A stretch of 37,805 bases of DNA from Deltaproteobacteria bacterium (lineage in GTDB: Bacteria > Desulfobacterota > Binatia > UBA9968), in the NCBI GenBank assembly GCA_016844625.1, contig JAERMN010000001.1:1-37805 (forward strand), read 5' to 3'. The notes beneath the pieces were generated by a model that was not told the origin of the DNA, made no database searches, and was given only the letters and a program-made list of their open reading frames with translations. Of the stretch, positions 18,255-27,887 are shown in pieces; the first letter of the stretch is position 1, and each line of letters starts with the position of its first letter. Both the position numbers and the translations under genes were made by a program.

Positions 18255-18929
18255 CTATCCGAAGAGCTCGCCAGCTTTAAGCTCGGCCCGCCGGCCGATC
18301 CGCTCAGCAAATTCCCGATTATGGGTCGCCACCACTAGCGCGATCCGATGCTCCTCGTTGAGGCGAAAGAGCAATTCTTGCACTTCCGCACCGATACGCA
18401 TATCTAATGAGCCGGTCGGCTCGTCGGCGAGCACGAGCTTGGGCCGCAAAATCACCGCCCGGGCCACCGCGACCCGTTGCTGTTCGCCGCCGGAAAGCTT
18501 GCCGGGACGATGGCTCACGCGATCTTTCAAGCCGACGAGTTCCAACAACCGCTCGGCTTCGGCTTTTGCCTCCGCTTCGGCTACGCCCTGGATCAGCGCG
18601 GGAAACATCACATTTTCAAGCGCCGAAAAATCCGGCAACAGGTAATGAAACTGAAAGATGAATCCGATCTGCCGGTTTCGGAACTGGCACAACGCCGCTT
18701 CGTCATCGAGCGGCAATTCATGATCTTGGAAAAGTATTTGACCTTTCGTCGGACGATCTAGGGTGCCAAGTATATGCAGCAGCGTGCTCTTGCCGACCCC
18801 CGATTCGCCGACGATCGCGAGCCGTTCGCCCTCGGCCAATTCGAGGTTAATGCCGCGCAGAACGTGAATCTCGTTGGCGCCTTCGATGAAAGACTTGTGC
18901 ACATCGCGCACCGAGACGAGGCTACTCAT
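18255..18929 (-). CDS. lolD: Lipoprotein-releasing system ATP-binding protein
   Basis: Walker A 'GESGVGKST', 'LSGGEQQR' and 'LVLADEPTGSLD'. It overlaps the upstream FtsX-type permease by 8 nt. Confidence 0.85.
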   Translation of the reverse strand: MSSLVSVRDVHKSFIEGANEIHVLRGINLELAEGERLAIVGESGVGKSTLLHILGTLDRPTKGQILFQDHELPLDDEAALCQFRNRQIGFIFQFHYLLPDFSALENVMFPALIQGVAEAEAKAEAERLLELVGLKDRVSHRPGKLSGGEQQRVAVARAVILRPKLVLADEPTGSLDMRIGAEVQELLFRLNEEHRIALVVATHNREFAERIGRRAELKAGELFG

Positions 18930-20169
18930 AACGGATGATTTCCACCGGATCGAGCTTGGCGGCCTGGCGCGCGGGATAAATGCTCGCGATCAGGCAAACC
19001 ACCAAGGACGCGAACGTGACCAGAACGAAATTGCTGAGATAGATGCGCACCGGCACCGTGGAGATCAGAAACACGCCGTCGGGCAGTTTAAATTGATATT
19101 GCGAGATCAGCGCGCACACGAGCAGCCCTAGAATTACCCCGAGGATGGTGCCGATAACGCCGATCAAACAGCCCTTGAGCAAGAAAATTTTTCGAATGCT
19201 CTGCTGCGTCGCGCCCATGGAGCGCAGGATCGCGATATCTTTTTTCTTCTCCATCACGACCATTACCAAGGTGGAAACAATATTAAAGGCGCCGATCAAC
19301 ACCATCAGTAACAACACCAAGAAGTAAACGGTCTTTTCCAATTGCAGCGCGGAGAATAGATTGGGCCATAGCCGCGTCCAATCCTCGGCGAAATAAGGAA
19401 ATCCGAGCCGGCGTTGGATCCGATCGGCAATCTGTCGCGCCTGGTTAACGTCTTTGACGCGCATCTCGATGTTGGTGACCGCACCAGGCAGTTCAAAAAA
19501 CTGTTGCGCTTCGCTAAGCCCCATAAGCACCAGCGTCTGGTCGATCTCGCTCATGCCGGTCTTAAGTATCCCGGCCACGATGAAGCGGCGCACTTTGGGA
19601 ATCATGCCGATCGCCGTCGGGCTTGCCAGTGGCGAAACCACTTGCACAGGGCTGCCGGAAAACACGCCGAGCTGGTTGGCCAAGCGCTCGCCCAAAATAA
19701 TACCTGGCAAATTCACCGTGCGATCTTCGACTTGGAGCGGATGCTGCACTTTCAGTGCGGCGAGAGTACCCTCGCGCAAATAACTTTGAATATTAACGAC
19801 GTTATTCACTCGGTCCGGATCGACGCCGCGCACGACAACGCCAGATACGCGCGACCCGGAGGTGATCATCACCTGCCCATAAATCGTCGGCGACGCCGCC
19901 ATCACGCCCGGCTCCTGGCTCATCTCAGCGAGCAGTCTTTCATGTTCGCGTAACGGCTCGCCCGAGCGCACCAACGCAATATGAGCGTTGATGCCGAGCA
20001 GCCGATCACGTAGCGTTTCTTCAAAGCCGCTCATCACCGACATGACAACGTTCAAGGTCATGACGGCAAGCATGACGCCTAATATTGAAATCACAGTGAT
20101 CAGCGAAATAAAGGTCTCGCGCCGCCGCGCGCGCAGATATCTAAGGCCAATAAACAGTTCGTAATTCAT
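18922..20169 (-). CDS. Lipoprotein-releasing system permease (LolC/LolE/LolF family, MacB-FtsX fold)
   Basis: 415 aa. N-terminal 'FIGLRYLRARRRETFISLI' TM1, a large periplasmic loop and the C-terminal FtsX 3-TM bundle. Only one permease gene is present. Confidence 0.85.
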   Translation of the reverse strand: MNYELFIGLRYLRARRRETFISLITVISILGVMLAVMTLNVVMSVMSGFEETLRDRLLGINAHIALVRSGEPLREHERLLAEMSQEPGVMAASPTIYGQVMITSGSRVSGVVVRGVDPDRVNNVVNIQSYLREGTLAALKVQHPLQVEDRTVNLPGIILGERLANQLGVFSGSPVQVVSPLASPTAIGMIPKVRRFIVAGILKTGMSEIDQTLVLMGLSEAQQFFELPGAVTNIEMRVKDVNQARQIADRIQRRLGFPYFAEDWTRLWPNLFSALQLEKTVYFLVLLLMVLIGAFNIVSTLVMVVMEKKKDIAILRSMGATQQSIRKIFLLKGCLIGVIGTILGVILGLLVCALISQYQFKLPDGVFLISTVPVRIYLSNFVLVTFASLVVCLIASIYPARQAAKLDPVEIIRYE

Positions 20170-20184
20170 GCCGGGAGAAAAAGC

Positions 20185-21690
20185 CTAGCGATGCGGGCGT
20201 AGCAGCGGAAAAAGAATCACGTCACGAATCGACGGCGAATTGGTCAGCAACATCACCAGCCGGTCGATACCGATACCCTCGCCGGCCGCCGGCGGCATGC
20301 CATATTCGAGGGCGCGCACGTAATCGTCGTCGATTGGATTGGCCTCCTCGTCGCCGGCGGCGCGAGCATCCATCTGCTCTAAGAAACGCTGGCGTTGATC
20401 GGCAGGATCGTTGAGCTCGGAAAACGCATTGGCCAGCTCACGGCCGCCGATGTAGAGCTCGAAGCGATCCACCAGAGCGTGATTCTTGTCGTTCTTGCGC
20501 GCGAGCGGCGAAACCTCGAGCGGATAACCGGTCATGAAAGTCGGCTGGATCAGTTTTGCTTCGGCGACTTCTTCGAAAACCTCCACCAAAAGATTGCCGT
20601 ACGGCGCGTTCAGGGCCACCTTCAAATGGTGCTTCTTGGCAAACCCTTGTAGTCCAACAACCGAATCGACATCCGCGTCGGTCGCGCCGCCATGTACCAT
20701 AACCGCTTCGCGAATCGTCAAGCGGCGCCACGGCAGCGTCAAATCGATCGCATGCTCGCCGTAAGTGAGCTGCAACGAACCGGCAACTTCTTGTGCCAAC
20801 GTGACGAACAATTCCTCGGTGAGCCGGATTAAATCATCGAAGGTCGCATAAGCCTGATAGAACTCGACCATGGTGAATTCCGGATTATGCCGCACCGAAA
20901 TCCCTTCGTTACGAAAGCTGCGGTTGAGCTCGAAGACACGCTCGAAGCCACCGACTAACAAGCGCTTGAGAAATAACTCGGGGGCAACCCTCAAGTAGAG
21001 TTCCATGTCGAGGGTATTGTGATGCGTGATGAAAGGCTTGGCCGCCGCGCCGCCGGGAATCGGCTGCATCATCGGCGTCTCGACTTCGAGAAAGTCGCGC
21101 TCTTCGAAAAACCGGCGCAACAACCGAACGATGCGCGAGCGCTTCTCGAACACTTCACGCACTTCGGGATTGACCATCAAGTCGAGGTAGCGTTGCCGAT
21201 AGCGTGCTTCCACGTCGGCGAGTCCATGCCATTTTTCTGGCAACGGCCTCAGACACTTGGTCAGCAAGCGAAGTTCCTGGGCTTCGACGGTTAACTCCTT
21301 GGTCTTGGTCCGAAAGAGATGGCCGCGGATACCAACGATATCGCCGATATCCAAGGTCTGAAACAACGCGTAGCTGTCGTCGCCCAAGCGATCCTTGCGC
21401 GCGTAAATCTGCAATTTGCCGCGCCGATCTTGAATGTGAAAAAACGACGCCTTGCCCATACGGCGGATCGCCATGATCCGCCCGGCAACGCCAACCCGGC
21501 GGGGCGTTTGGTGCAATGCTTCGTCGCTTACGTCGTCGGCGAGGGCCATCGCGTCGACGATTGAATGAGACGGCTTAAAATCGTTGGGATACGGGTTTTC
21601 CCCAGCATCTCGCAGTTTAGCGAGCTTTGCCCGCCGCACTTCGACTTGTTCGCTACTATCGTCGACTAGAATATTTTCACTATCGGCCAT
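20185..21690 (-). CDS. lysS: Lysine--tRNA ligase (class II)
   Basis: OB-fold N-domain ('GRIMAIRRMGKASFFHIQDRRGKLQIY') and class II motifs ('ELNRSFRNEGIS', 'HNPEFTMVEFYQAY', 'GIGIDRLVMLL'). The start is taken as ATG 21690 ('MADSEN'). Confidence 0.92.
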   Translation of the reverse strand: MADSENILVDDSSEQVEVRRAKLAKLRDAGENPYPNDFKPSHSIVDAMALADDVSDEALHQTPRRVGVAGRIMAIRRMGKASFFHIQDRRGKLQIYARKDRLGDDSYALFQTLDIGDIVGIRGHLFRTKTKELTVEAQELRLLTKCLRPLPEKWHGLADVEARYRQRYLDLMVNPEVREVFEKRSRIVRLLRRFFEERDFLEVETPMMQPIPGGAAAKPFITHHNTLDMELYLRVAPELFLKRLLVGGFERVFELNRSFRNEGISVRHNPEFTMVEFYQAYATFDDLIRLTEELFVTLAQEVAGSLQLTYGEHAIDLTLPWRRLTIREAVMVHGGATDADVDSVVGLQGFAKKHHLKVALNAPYGNLLVEVFEEVAEAKLIQPTFMTGYPLEVSPLARKNDKNHALVDRFELYIGGRELANAFSELNDPADQRQRFLEQMDARAAGDEEANPIDDDYVRALEYGMPPAAGEGIGIDRLVMLLTNSPSIRDVILFPLLRPHR

Positions 21691-21762
21691 GAGGGTCCCA
21701 CATCCGCGCCCGTATGATCGGGGCAAACTTTTTTGCTGATGGCACGGAACAAATGAAAAACG

Positions 21763-22626
21763 CTAAAGCGCGAGATTCTTACAGATCGCTACCAGCGAGT
21801 AGGCTTTGTTGAGCGAATAGAAATGCAACCCGCGCACGCCGTACTGGATCAACCCCTCGCATTGCCGCGTAGCGTATTCAATCCCCAGCTCAACCGCGGC
21901 ATCGTCGTCGGATTCAACTTTGACCAACTGTTGCTCCAAAGCGCTGGGAATCTTGGAGCCGCAAAGCGAGGTAAAGCGGCGTACCTGTGAAGCGGAAAGA
22001 ATCGGCAGTATCCCGGGAATGATCGGTACGGTCACGCCGAGCTTCCTCAGATCGTCGGCAAAGCGAAAAAAATCATCGTTGGCGAAAAACAGCTGGGTGA
22101 GGATCGCCGCCGCGCCGGCATCGACTTTTTCCTTGAGAAATTTTAGATCGGAGTCGCGGCTCACGGCTCTCGGATGGACTTCGGGAAATCCCGCCACGGC
22201 GACGGAAAAGCCGCCGAGCGTGATCGCCTCGCGCACCAGTTCAATGGCATGATGAAAACCGTCAGGGTGGGGCTGCCAATCGGTCATGCCCTGGGGTGGA
22301 TCGCCGCCGAGCGCGAGCAAATTTTCGATGCCCTTCTCTTTAAGTCTTTTGAGAACCGCGCGCGCTTCATCTTTCGATTGGCCGATCACGGTGAGATGGC
22401 ACATCACCTCGAGACCGCAGCCGCTATGGATTGTGTCAACCAGGTCAACGGTTTTTTCGCGCGTGCTTCCGCCCGCCCCGTACGTAACAGAATAAAAGCT
22501 CGGCTTAACCCTCTTAATGATTTCGATCTCGTTAAAAAGGTTTTCCTCGCCTTTTTCTGTCTTTGGAGGAAAGAACTCGACCGAAAGCGTCAACCCTGGC
22601 CGGGCATAGAGGTCGGCTAACTTCAC
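21763..22626 (-). CDS. metF: 5,10-methylenetetrahydrofolate reductase
   Basis: 287 aa with 'LSVEFFPPKTEKGEENL' and 'SVTYGAGGSTR', typical MetF motifs. GTG start. Confidence 0.88.
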   Translation of the reverse strand: MKLADLYARPGLTLSVEFFPPKTEKGEENLFNEIEIIKRVKPSFYSVTYGAGGSTREKTVDLVDTIHSGCGLEVMCHLTVIGQSKDEARAVLKRLKEKGIENLLALGGDPPQGMTDWQPHPDGFHHAIELVREAITLGGFSVAVAGFPEVHPRAVSRDSDLKFLKEKVDAGAAAILTQLFFANDDFFRFADDLRKLGVTVPIIPGILPILSASQVRRFTSLCGSKIPSALEQQLVKVESDDDAAVELGIEYATRQCEGLIQYGVRGLHFYSLNKAYSLVAICKNLAL

Positions 22627-22727
22627 ACAAATCCTAGATGACTACCATCGGCCTGCCACTATTAGTAGCACATGGTTTTGCCAGGGACAATTAGCACTAC
22701 ACAAATAATCACAGATTTTCGCAGGGT

Positions 22728-23144
22728 TTACTGATTTAACACCCGCCGACGCGCGGCGATAGGATCGCAACCCGACCCGCTCTCAGGTGTTATGAGGTGT
22801 CTCAAGGCATCGGTATGGTTGAGCAACGCCAGCTTTATTTCTTCGGCGACTTGGAAATGTTCGAGGGCCTCTTTGAAAATTTGCCGGCGCCGCGCGAAAT
22901 GGCCGCCCATGATGGGATGATTGGCATGGGCCTTGCCGAGCGGCTTACCGGTATATTTGACATCGGCACCGAGAAATTCCGCCGCCAATTGATATTCCAT
23001 TTCTTTGATGCGTGCCCGGTCGGCGTTACGAAAGAAAAAGCCAATCATAAGATCGCCAAACACCCGGTCAATAAAATAATCGACGATCTCTCTTAATTTG
23101 GCTTCGCCGCCGAGGCGTTCAAAGAGAGTTTCTGAATCGGCCAT
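22728..23144 (-). CDS. glbN: Truncated hemoglobin (2-on-2 globin)
   Basis: 138 aa. 'LFERLGGEAKLREIVDYFIDRVFGD' and 'YTGKPLGKAHANHPI' match trHb helices B/E and the proximal-His region. It begins 19 nt after the last suf gene. Confidence 0.75.
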   Translation of the reverse strand: MADSETLFERLGGEAKLREIVDYFIDRVFGDLMIGFFFRNADRARIKEMEYQLAAEFLGADVKYTGKPLGKAHANHPIMGGHFARRRQIFKEALEHFQVAEEIKLALLNHTDALRHLITPESGSGCDPIAARRRVLNQ

Positions 23145-23163
23145 GAGCTAATTAAAATATGCG

Positions 23164-23484
23164 CTAGAGCATGCCCAATTGCAGCCGCGCCGCTTCCGAC
23201 ATCTTGTTCTGCTCCCACGGCGGCTCCCACACCAGATCGATCTGGACAGCGGTGACACCGTCAATGGCGCGAACTTTCTGTTCCACCTCAGCCGGTATCG
23301 ACTGTGCCGCCGGGCAGCTCGGCGAAGTGAGCGTCATTTGAATCGCTACGGCACCCGCCTCATCGACCTTCACTTCGTAAATCAAGCCCATCTCATAAAT
23401 GTTGACTGGGATTTCCGGATCGAAACAGGTGCGCAGCGCCTCGATCACTTGAGCTTCGATAATCGTTTGATTGATGCTTTCCAT
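23164..23484 (-). CDS. SUF-associated DUF59 (MIP18-like) Fe-S assembly protein
   Basis: 106 aa with 'CFDPEIPVNIYEMGLIY' and 'TLTSPSCPAAQ', the hallmark DUF59 motifs. Confidence 0.85.
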   Translation of the reverse strand: MESINQTIIEAQVIEALRTCFDPEIPVNIYEMGLIYEVKVDEAGAVAIQMTLTSPSCPAAQSIPAEVEQKVRAIDGVTAVQIDLVWEPPWEQNKMSEAARLQLGML

Positions 23485-23488
23485 AAGT

Positions 23489-24031
23489 CTACTCGATCCC
23501 CAATTGCTGTTTCGCGCTCGCCGCCATCATGCTTTGATTCCACGGCGGATCCCAGACCAATGCCACTTCCGCCTCGCGAATTTCCGGCAGCGCGAGCAAT
23601 TTTTTGCGGATGTCCTCTTTGATAAACTGGCCCATGCCACAGCCCTGCGCCGTCAACGTAAAATGAACAACCGCTTTATGGCCGCCGCCCGGCAGGGCAT
23701 CGACCCGGCAATCGTAGACCAACCCGAGTTCGACGATGTTGACCGGAATCTCCGGATCGAAGCATGACCGGAGTTGATGCCAAACTTGATCTTCAACCGA
23801 GCCATCCGCTCCGGCTGGCTTACTATCGTTAATCGTGGGGAAACCCAGCGCATCGCCGTCGAGTCCGTCGATGCGCACGTTATAGCCATGATCGGTCATC
23901 ACCGTGTAACCGCTCCCCGCCGCTTGCGTCAGCCAAACCGAGCCACCGGCGGAAAGCGAGACGGTTTCGCCGCTAGGAATCATAATCGCGCTGCAATCGC
24001 GCCTAAGCGTTATCGGTTTCTCAGTGGTCAT
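23489..24031 (-). CDS. sufT: Fe-S cluster assembly protein SufT (long DUF59 form)
   Basis: 180 aa. An ~80-aa N-terminal extension precedes a DUF59 core ('CFDPEIPVNIVELGLVY', 'TLTAQGCGMG'). Located in the suf operon after sufU. Confidence 0.75.
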   Translation of the reverse strand: MTTEKPITLRRDCSAIMIPSGETVSLSAGGSVWLTQAAGSGYTVMTDHGYNVRIDGLDGDALGFPTINDSKPAGADGSVEDQVWHQLRSCFDPEIPVNIVELGLVYDCRVDALPGGGHKAVVHFTLTAQGCGMGQFIKEDIRKKLLALPEIREAEVALVWDPPWNQSMMAASAKQQLGIE

Positions 24032-24064
24032 CGCGCCGCTCTCCTTTCGCGCTCGACGATCGCA

Positions 24065-24517
24065 TCACTCCGTGCTCGCCGGTTGAGATTCGCCCTTGAG
24101 CGCGGTACGAACGGTGTGCCACGCCAAACTGGCGCACTTCACCCGCGCGGGAAATTTACAGACGCCCGCGAGAATCTGTAACTTGCCAACCTTCTCGGTC
24201 ACATGTTCGTCGCTTGCATCGCCGGTGAGCATTTTATGCACGTTGTTGAATAAGGCCTGCGCTCCCGCTTCATCCTTGCCTTTGAGTTCCGCCGTCATCA
24301 TCGACGCCGAGGCTTTCGAGATCGCGCAGCCCGAGCCTTGAAAACTGATGTCTTTGATCACGCCATTTTCCAACTGGACAAACACCGTCACATGATCGCC
24401 ACAGAGCGGATTATAGCCTTCCGCTTTGCGGTTAGCATGTGTCATCTCGCGGAAATTCCGCGGACTTTTATTATGGTCAAGAATGACCTCTTGATAAAGC
24501 TCGTCTAGTTCCGACAT
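24065..24517 (-). CDS. sufU: SufU-type sulfur acceptor/scaffold (IscU-like)
   Basis: 'LYQEVILDHNKSPRNF', 'NPLCGD', 'GSGCAIS' and a C-terminal 'CASL' cysteine. It abuts sufS. Confidence 0.88.
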   Translation of the reverse strand: MSELDELYQEVILDHNKSPRNFREMTHANRKAEGYNPLCGDHVTVFVQLENGVIKDISFQGSGCAISKASASMMTAELKGKDEAGAQALFNNVHKMLTGDASDEHVTEKVGKLQILAGVCKFPARVKCASLAWHTVRTALKGESQPASTE

Positions 24518-25791
24518 TAGCCAAACACCTTGAGAACGCGCTCAAGGGCGCGCACCAGCACGTCAATTTCTTCAATCGTATTATAAAATGCAAACGACGC
24601 CCGCGCCGTCGCCGGCACGCCGAAGCGTTGCATCACCGGCATAGCGCAATGATGCCCGGCGCGCACCGCCACGCCTTCCTGATCGAGAATAGTGCCGACA
24701 TCGTGAGCGTGGACATGGTCGAAGACAAACGACAATACGCCAGCCTTCTCTTTGGCTGTGCCGATGATGCGTAGCCCATTAATGGCACCCAGCGCCTCGG
24801 TTGCGTAACTGAGCAAGCGATGCTCATGGGCGGCCACTTCTTGCCAATTTAGAGTGGATAAATAATCGATCGCCGCGCCCAGGCCGATGCCACCGGCGAT
24901 ATGCGGCGTGCCGGCTTCGAACTTGTAGGGCAAGACGTTGTAATGGGTTTTCTCGAACGTCACCAGGCTAATCATGTCGCCACCGCCTTGATAAGGCGGC
25001 ATCTTTTCCAACAGCTCAGCGCGTCCGTACAAGACCCCGACACCGGTCGGCCCGAACAGCTTGTGACCGGAGAAAGCGTAGAAGTCACAGCCCAGCTCCT
25101 GAACGTCGACCTTTAAGTGCGGCACCGCCTGCGCGCCGTCAAGCAAGACGGGAACACTGCGCTCATGCGCCAGCGCGACGATCTCTTTAACTGGGACAAT
25201 CGTGCCCAGCGCATTGGACACATGGGTGATGGAGACAAATTTGGTTTTTTCGTTTAACAACCGGCGATACTCGTCCATGACAATCTCGCCGTCATGATTG
25301 ATCGGCACCACTCGGAGTTTGGCGCCGACCTGCTCGCACAGCATCTGCCAGGGTACGATATTGGAGTGATGCTCCATCGCCGAAACGATGATCTCATCGC
25401 CGGCCTTGAGAAAACTTCGGCCGTAACTTTGCGCGACCAGATTGATACCTTCAGTCGTGCCGCGCACGAAGATGATCTCTCTGTCTGCGCGCGCATTAAT
25501 AAAGTTGCGAATCTTACTGCGCGCCGTTTCGTAGGCTGCCGTGGCCTGCTCACTAAGAAGGTGCACACCGCGGTGAATGTTGGAATTCTCCGCGCTGTAG
25601 TAATGGTTGAGCGCGGCGATCACAACCTGGGGCTTTTGGCTGGTTGCACCGTTATCGAAATAAACCAGCGGCTTGCCGTGAACCTTCTGTTTAAGGATGG
25701 GAAAGTCCTCGCGCACCCGCGCCACGTCGAAAACAGAAGCCTGGATCGCTTGGTCTTTGGTTTGAGGAGCCGCTTTCATGAGCCGACTCAT
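24517..25791 (-). CDS. sufS: Cysteine desulfurase, SufS (group II)
   Basis: 424 aa with '[11 protein letters not shown]', the PLP-lysine region '[17 protein letters not shown]' and the active-site loop 'RAGHHCAMP'. Confidence 0.92.
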   Translation of the reverse strand: MSRLMKAAPQTKDQAIQASVFDVARVREDFPILKQKVHGKPLVYFDNGATSQKPQVVIAALNHYYSAENSNIHRGVHLLSEQATAAYETARSKIRNFINARADREIIFVRGTTEGINLVAQSYGRSFLKAGDEIIVSAMEHHSNIVPWQMLCEQVGAKLRVVPINHDGEIVMDEYRRLLNEKTKFVSITHVSNALGTIVPVKEIVALAHERSVPVLLDGAQAVPHLKVDVQELGCDFYAFSGHKLFGPTGVGVLYGRAELLEKMPPYQGGGDMISLVTFEKTHYNVLPYKFEAGTPHIAGGIGLGAAIDYLSTLNWQEVAAHEHRLLSYATEALGAINGLRIIGTAKEKAGVLSFVFDHVHAHDVGTILDQEGVAVRAGHHCAMPVMQRFGVPATARASFAFYNTIEEIDVLVRALERVLKVFG

Positions 25792-27104
25792 TGCCTCCCG
25801 AAGCGCGCAACCAGATAGTCATCCAACCGCGCCCGTAGAAAATCAATTTTCATCCGGCCGACGACATCGCTGGCGAAAGCGAAGCTGAGTAAGCTCCTAG
25901 CCTCCTCGACGCCAAGCCCGCGCGAGCGGAGATAAAACAACGCATCGCCATCCATTTGGCCGATGGTCGAACCGTGACTGCATTTGACGTCATCGGCGTA
26001 AATTTCTAACTGCGGCTGGGTGTTGACCACAGCGTCCGCCGACAGAAGCAAGTTTTTGTTAGTTTGCCGCGCATCGGTTTTCTGCGCGTCTTTATGCACG
26101 ACGATCCGGCCATTAAAGACTCCATGAGCGCTGCCGCCAAGAATGCCTTTGTAGAGTTCCAAACTGCGCGCGCGCGGCTTGACATGCTCGATCTCAGTAA
26201 AATTATCGATATGTTGCTTGCCGTCGGCCAAGTACAAACCGTTGAGCACGCACTCAGCGCCTTCGCCGTTGAGCGTGACGCGAACGTTGTTTCGCACCAA
26301 CGCTCCAGCCAAACTCACCGCATGAGCTGTAAGATGGCAGCCACGATCGAGACGCGCTTCCAGGGTGCCGACGTGGAAACCCGCATCGCTCTCTTGCTGT
26401 AGCCGATAGTGCTCGATGACGGAATCCGGCGCGCCGGCCAATTCAGTCACCGCGTTGCAAAAATATCCGCCATCCAAGCCCAAATAACTCTCGACGATCT
26501 TGGCCTCGCTGCCGGCGCCGAGCAGAATCAGCGTCCGCGGGTGCGACACGACAGGCTCGTTCGCCGCCGTGGAAACGAATACCAGGTAGATCGGCCGATC
26601 GGCGCGACAGCCCGCGGCAATCGAAACCAGCGCACCGTCTTCGAGAAATGCCGTATTCAAAGCGACGAATGGCTGGCGCCGCCCGCTGGCATAATGTCCC
26701 AGGCGCGACGCCGCCGTTGCGTCATCCTCTTTAATAAATGAGGCAAGACTCTTAACCACCACGCCGCGCTCAAGCATTGCGGTCTGGGAAAACTCCTCGG
26801 TGTAGATTCCGTTGACGAAGACCAGCCGCGCCGCGGCCGGGTCGATCATCGAGCGCGCGACGACCTCGCGCGCGCTAACGCGCTGCGCTTCGCCGTTGGC
26901 GCGGGCAAAACTTTGCACCGCGATCGGTTCGACGTTGGTGTATCGCCACTCTTCGATTCTAGTGGTCGGGAAGCCAAGCTGGTCAAAGTTTGCAATGCCG
27001 GCTTCACGCAACTCACTGAGCCAAGCCGGAGCGCGCTTCGCCAAATGGGGCTTAGCCTGCTGGTAAGCGGCGAGATATCGCTCTTTGCTTTCGGTCGTTA
27101 TCAT
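25788..27104 (-). CDS. sufD: Fe-S cluster assembly protein SufD
   Basis: 438 aa with the SufD-type N-terminus '[30 protein letters not shown]' and the shared SufB/D C-terminal beta-helix '[31 protein letters not shown]'. Confidence 0.85.
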   Translation of the reverse strand: MITTESKERYLAAYQQAKPHLAKRAPAWLSELREAGIANFDQLGFPTTRIEEWRYTNVEPIAVQSFARANGEAQRVSAREVVARSMIDPAAARLVFVNGIYTEEFSQTAMLERGVVVKSLASFIKEDDATAASRLGHYASGRRQPFVALNTAFLEDGALVSIAAGCRADRPIYLVFVSTAANEPVVSHPRTLILLGAGSEAKIVESYLGLDGGYFCNAVTELAGAPDSVIEHYRLQQESDAGFHVGTLEARLDRGCHLTAHAVSLAGALVRNNVRVTLNGEGAECVLNGLYLADGKQHIDNFTEIEHVKPRARSLELYKGILGGSAHGVFNGRIVVHKDAQKTDARQTNKNLLLSADAVVNTQPQLEIYADDVKCSHGSTIGQMDGDALFYLRSRGLGVEEARSLLSFAFASDVVGRMKIDFLRARLDDYLVARFGRQ

Positions 27105-27128
27105 GATGCGCTGAAATTTCTTGGTGAA

Positions 27129-27887
27129 TTAATCAACCGCCGCAACCTCGCTCTTGATCCAATCGTAGCCCTTACTCTCAAGCTCTAAGGCCAACTCTTT
27201 CGTTCCCGATTTGACGATACGGCCGTCGTAAAGCACGTGGATAAAGTCCGGCACGATGTAATCGAGCAAACGCTGATAATGGGTGATCACCAACATGGCG
27301 CGGTCTTTGCGCCTGAGCGCATTGACACCGCCTGCGACGATCCGCAGCGCATCGATGTCCAATCCCGAATCCGTCTCATCAAGCACCGCCAAAGTCGGAT
27401 CGAGCACGGCCATCTGCAAAATTTCATTGCGCTTCTTCTCGCCGCCGGAAAATCCTTCGTTGAGCGGCCGGTTGGTCAGCACTTGATCCATTTCGACCAG
27501 CCGCATTCGGTCTTTGATGAGCGTCAGAAACTCCATGGCGTCGAGCGCTTCGAGGCCGCGATGTTTGCGGACGGCGTTTACCGCCGCTTTGAGAAAATAA
27601 GTCGTGCTCACGCCGGGAATTTCAACCGGGTACTGAAACGCCAGAAAAACGCCTTCGCGCGCGCGCACCTCCGGACTCATGACGAGCAGATCTTTGCCCA
27701 GATAAGTCACCGTACCGCCGCTGACTTCATAGTTCTCGCGGCCCGACAATACATGCGCCAGCGTGCTCTTGCCCGAGCCGTTGGGCCCCATGATCGCATG
27801 CACTTCGCCGGCGCCGATATGGAGATCGATGCCGCGCAGAATTTCCTTGTTACCGACCCGCGCGCGCAGGCCTTTAATATCGAGCAT
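27129..27887 (-). CDS. sufC: Fe-S cluster assembly ATPase SufC
   Basis: Walker A 'GPNGSGKST', 'FSGGEKKR' and 'LAVLDETDSGLDIDAL'. 252 aa. Confidence 0.92.
   Translation of the reverse strand: MLDIKGLRARVGNKEILRGIDLHIGAGEVHAIMGPNGSGKSTLAHVLSGRENYEVSGGTVTYLGKDLLVMSPEVRAREGVFLAFQYPVEIPGVSTTYFLKAAVNAVRKHRGLEALDAMEFLTLIKDRMRLVEMDQVLTNRPLNEGFSGGEKKRNEILQMAVLDPTLAVLDETDSGLDIDALRIVAGGVNALRRKDRAMLVITHYQRLLDYIVPDFIHVLYDGRIVKSGTKELALELESKGYDWIKSEVAAVD

Noticed and set aside
22627-22727. Possible SAM/THF-type riboswitch upstream of metF
   Set aside because: The 100-nt AT-richer gap shows no conserved riboswitch core that I can recognise and only weak local pairing. It is more likely an ordinary promoter region. 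This needs a covariance-model search, which I cannot run.
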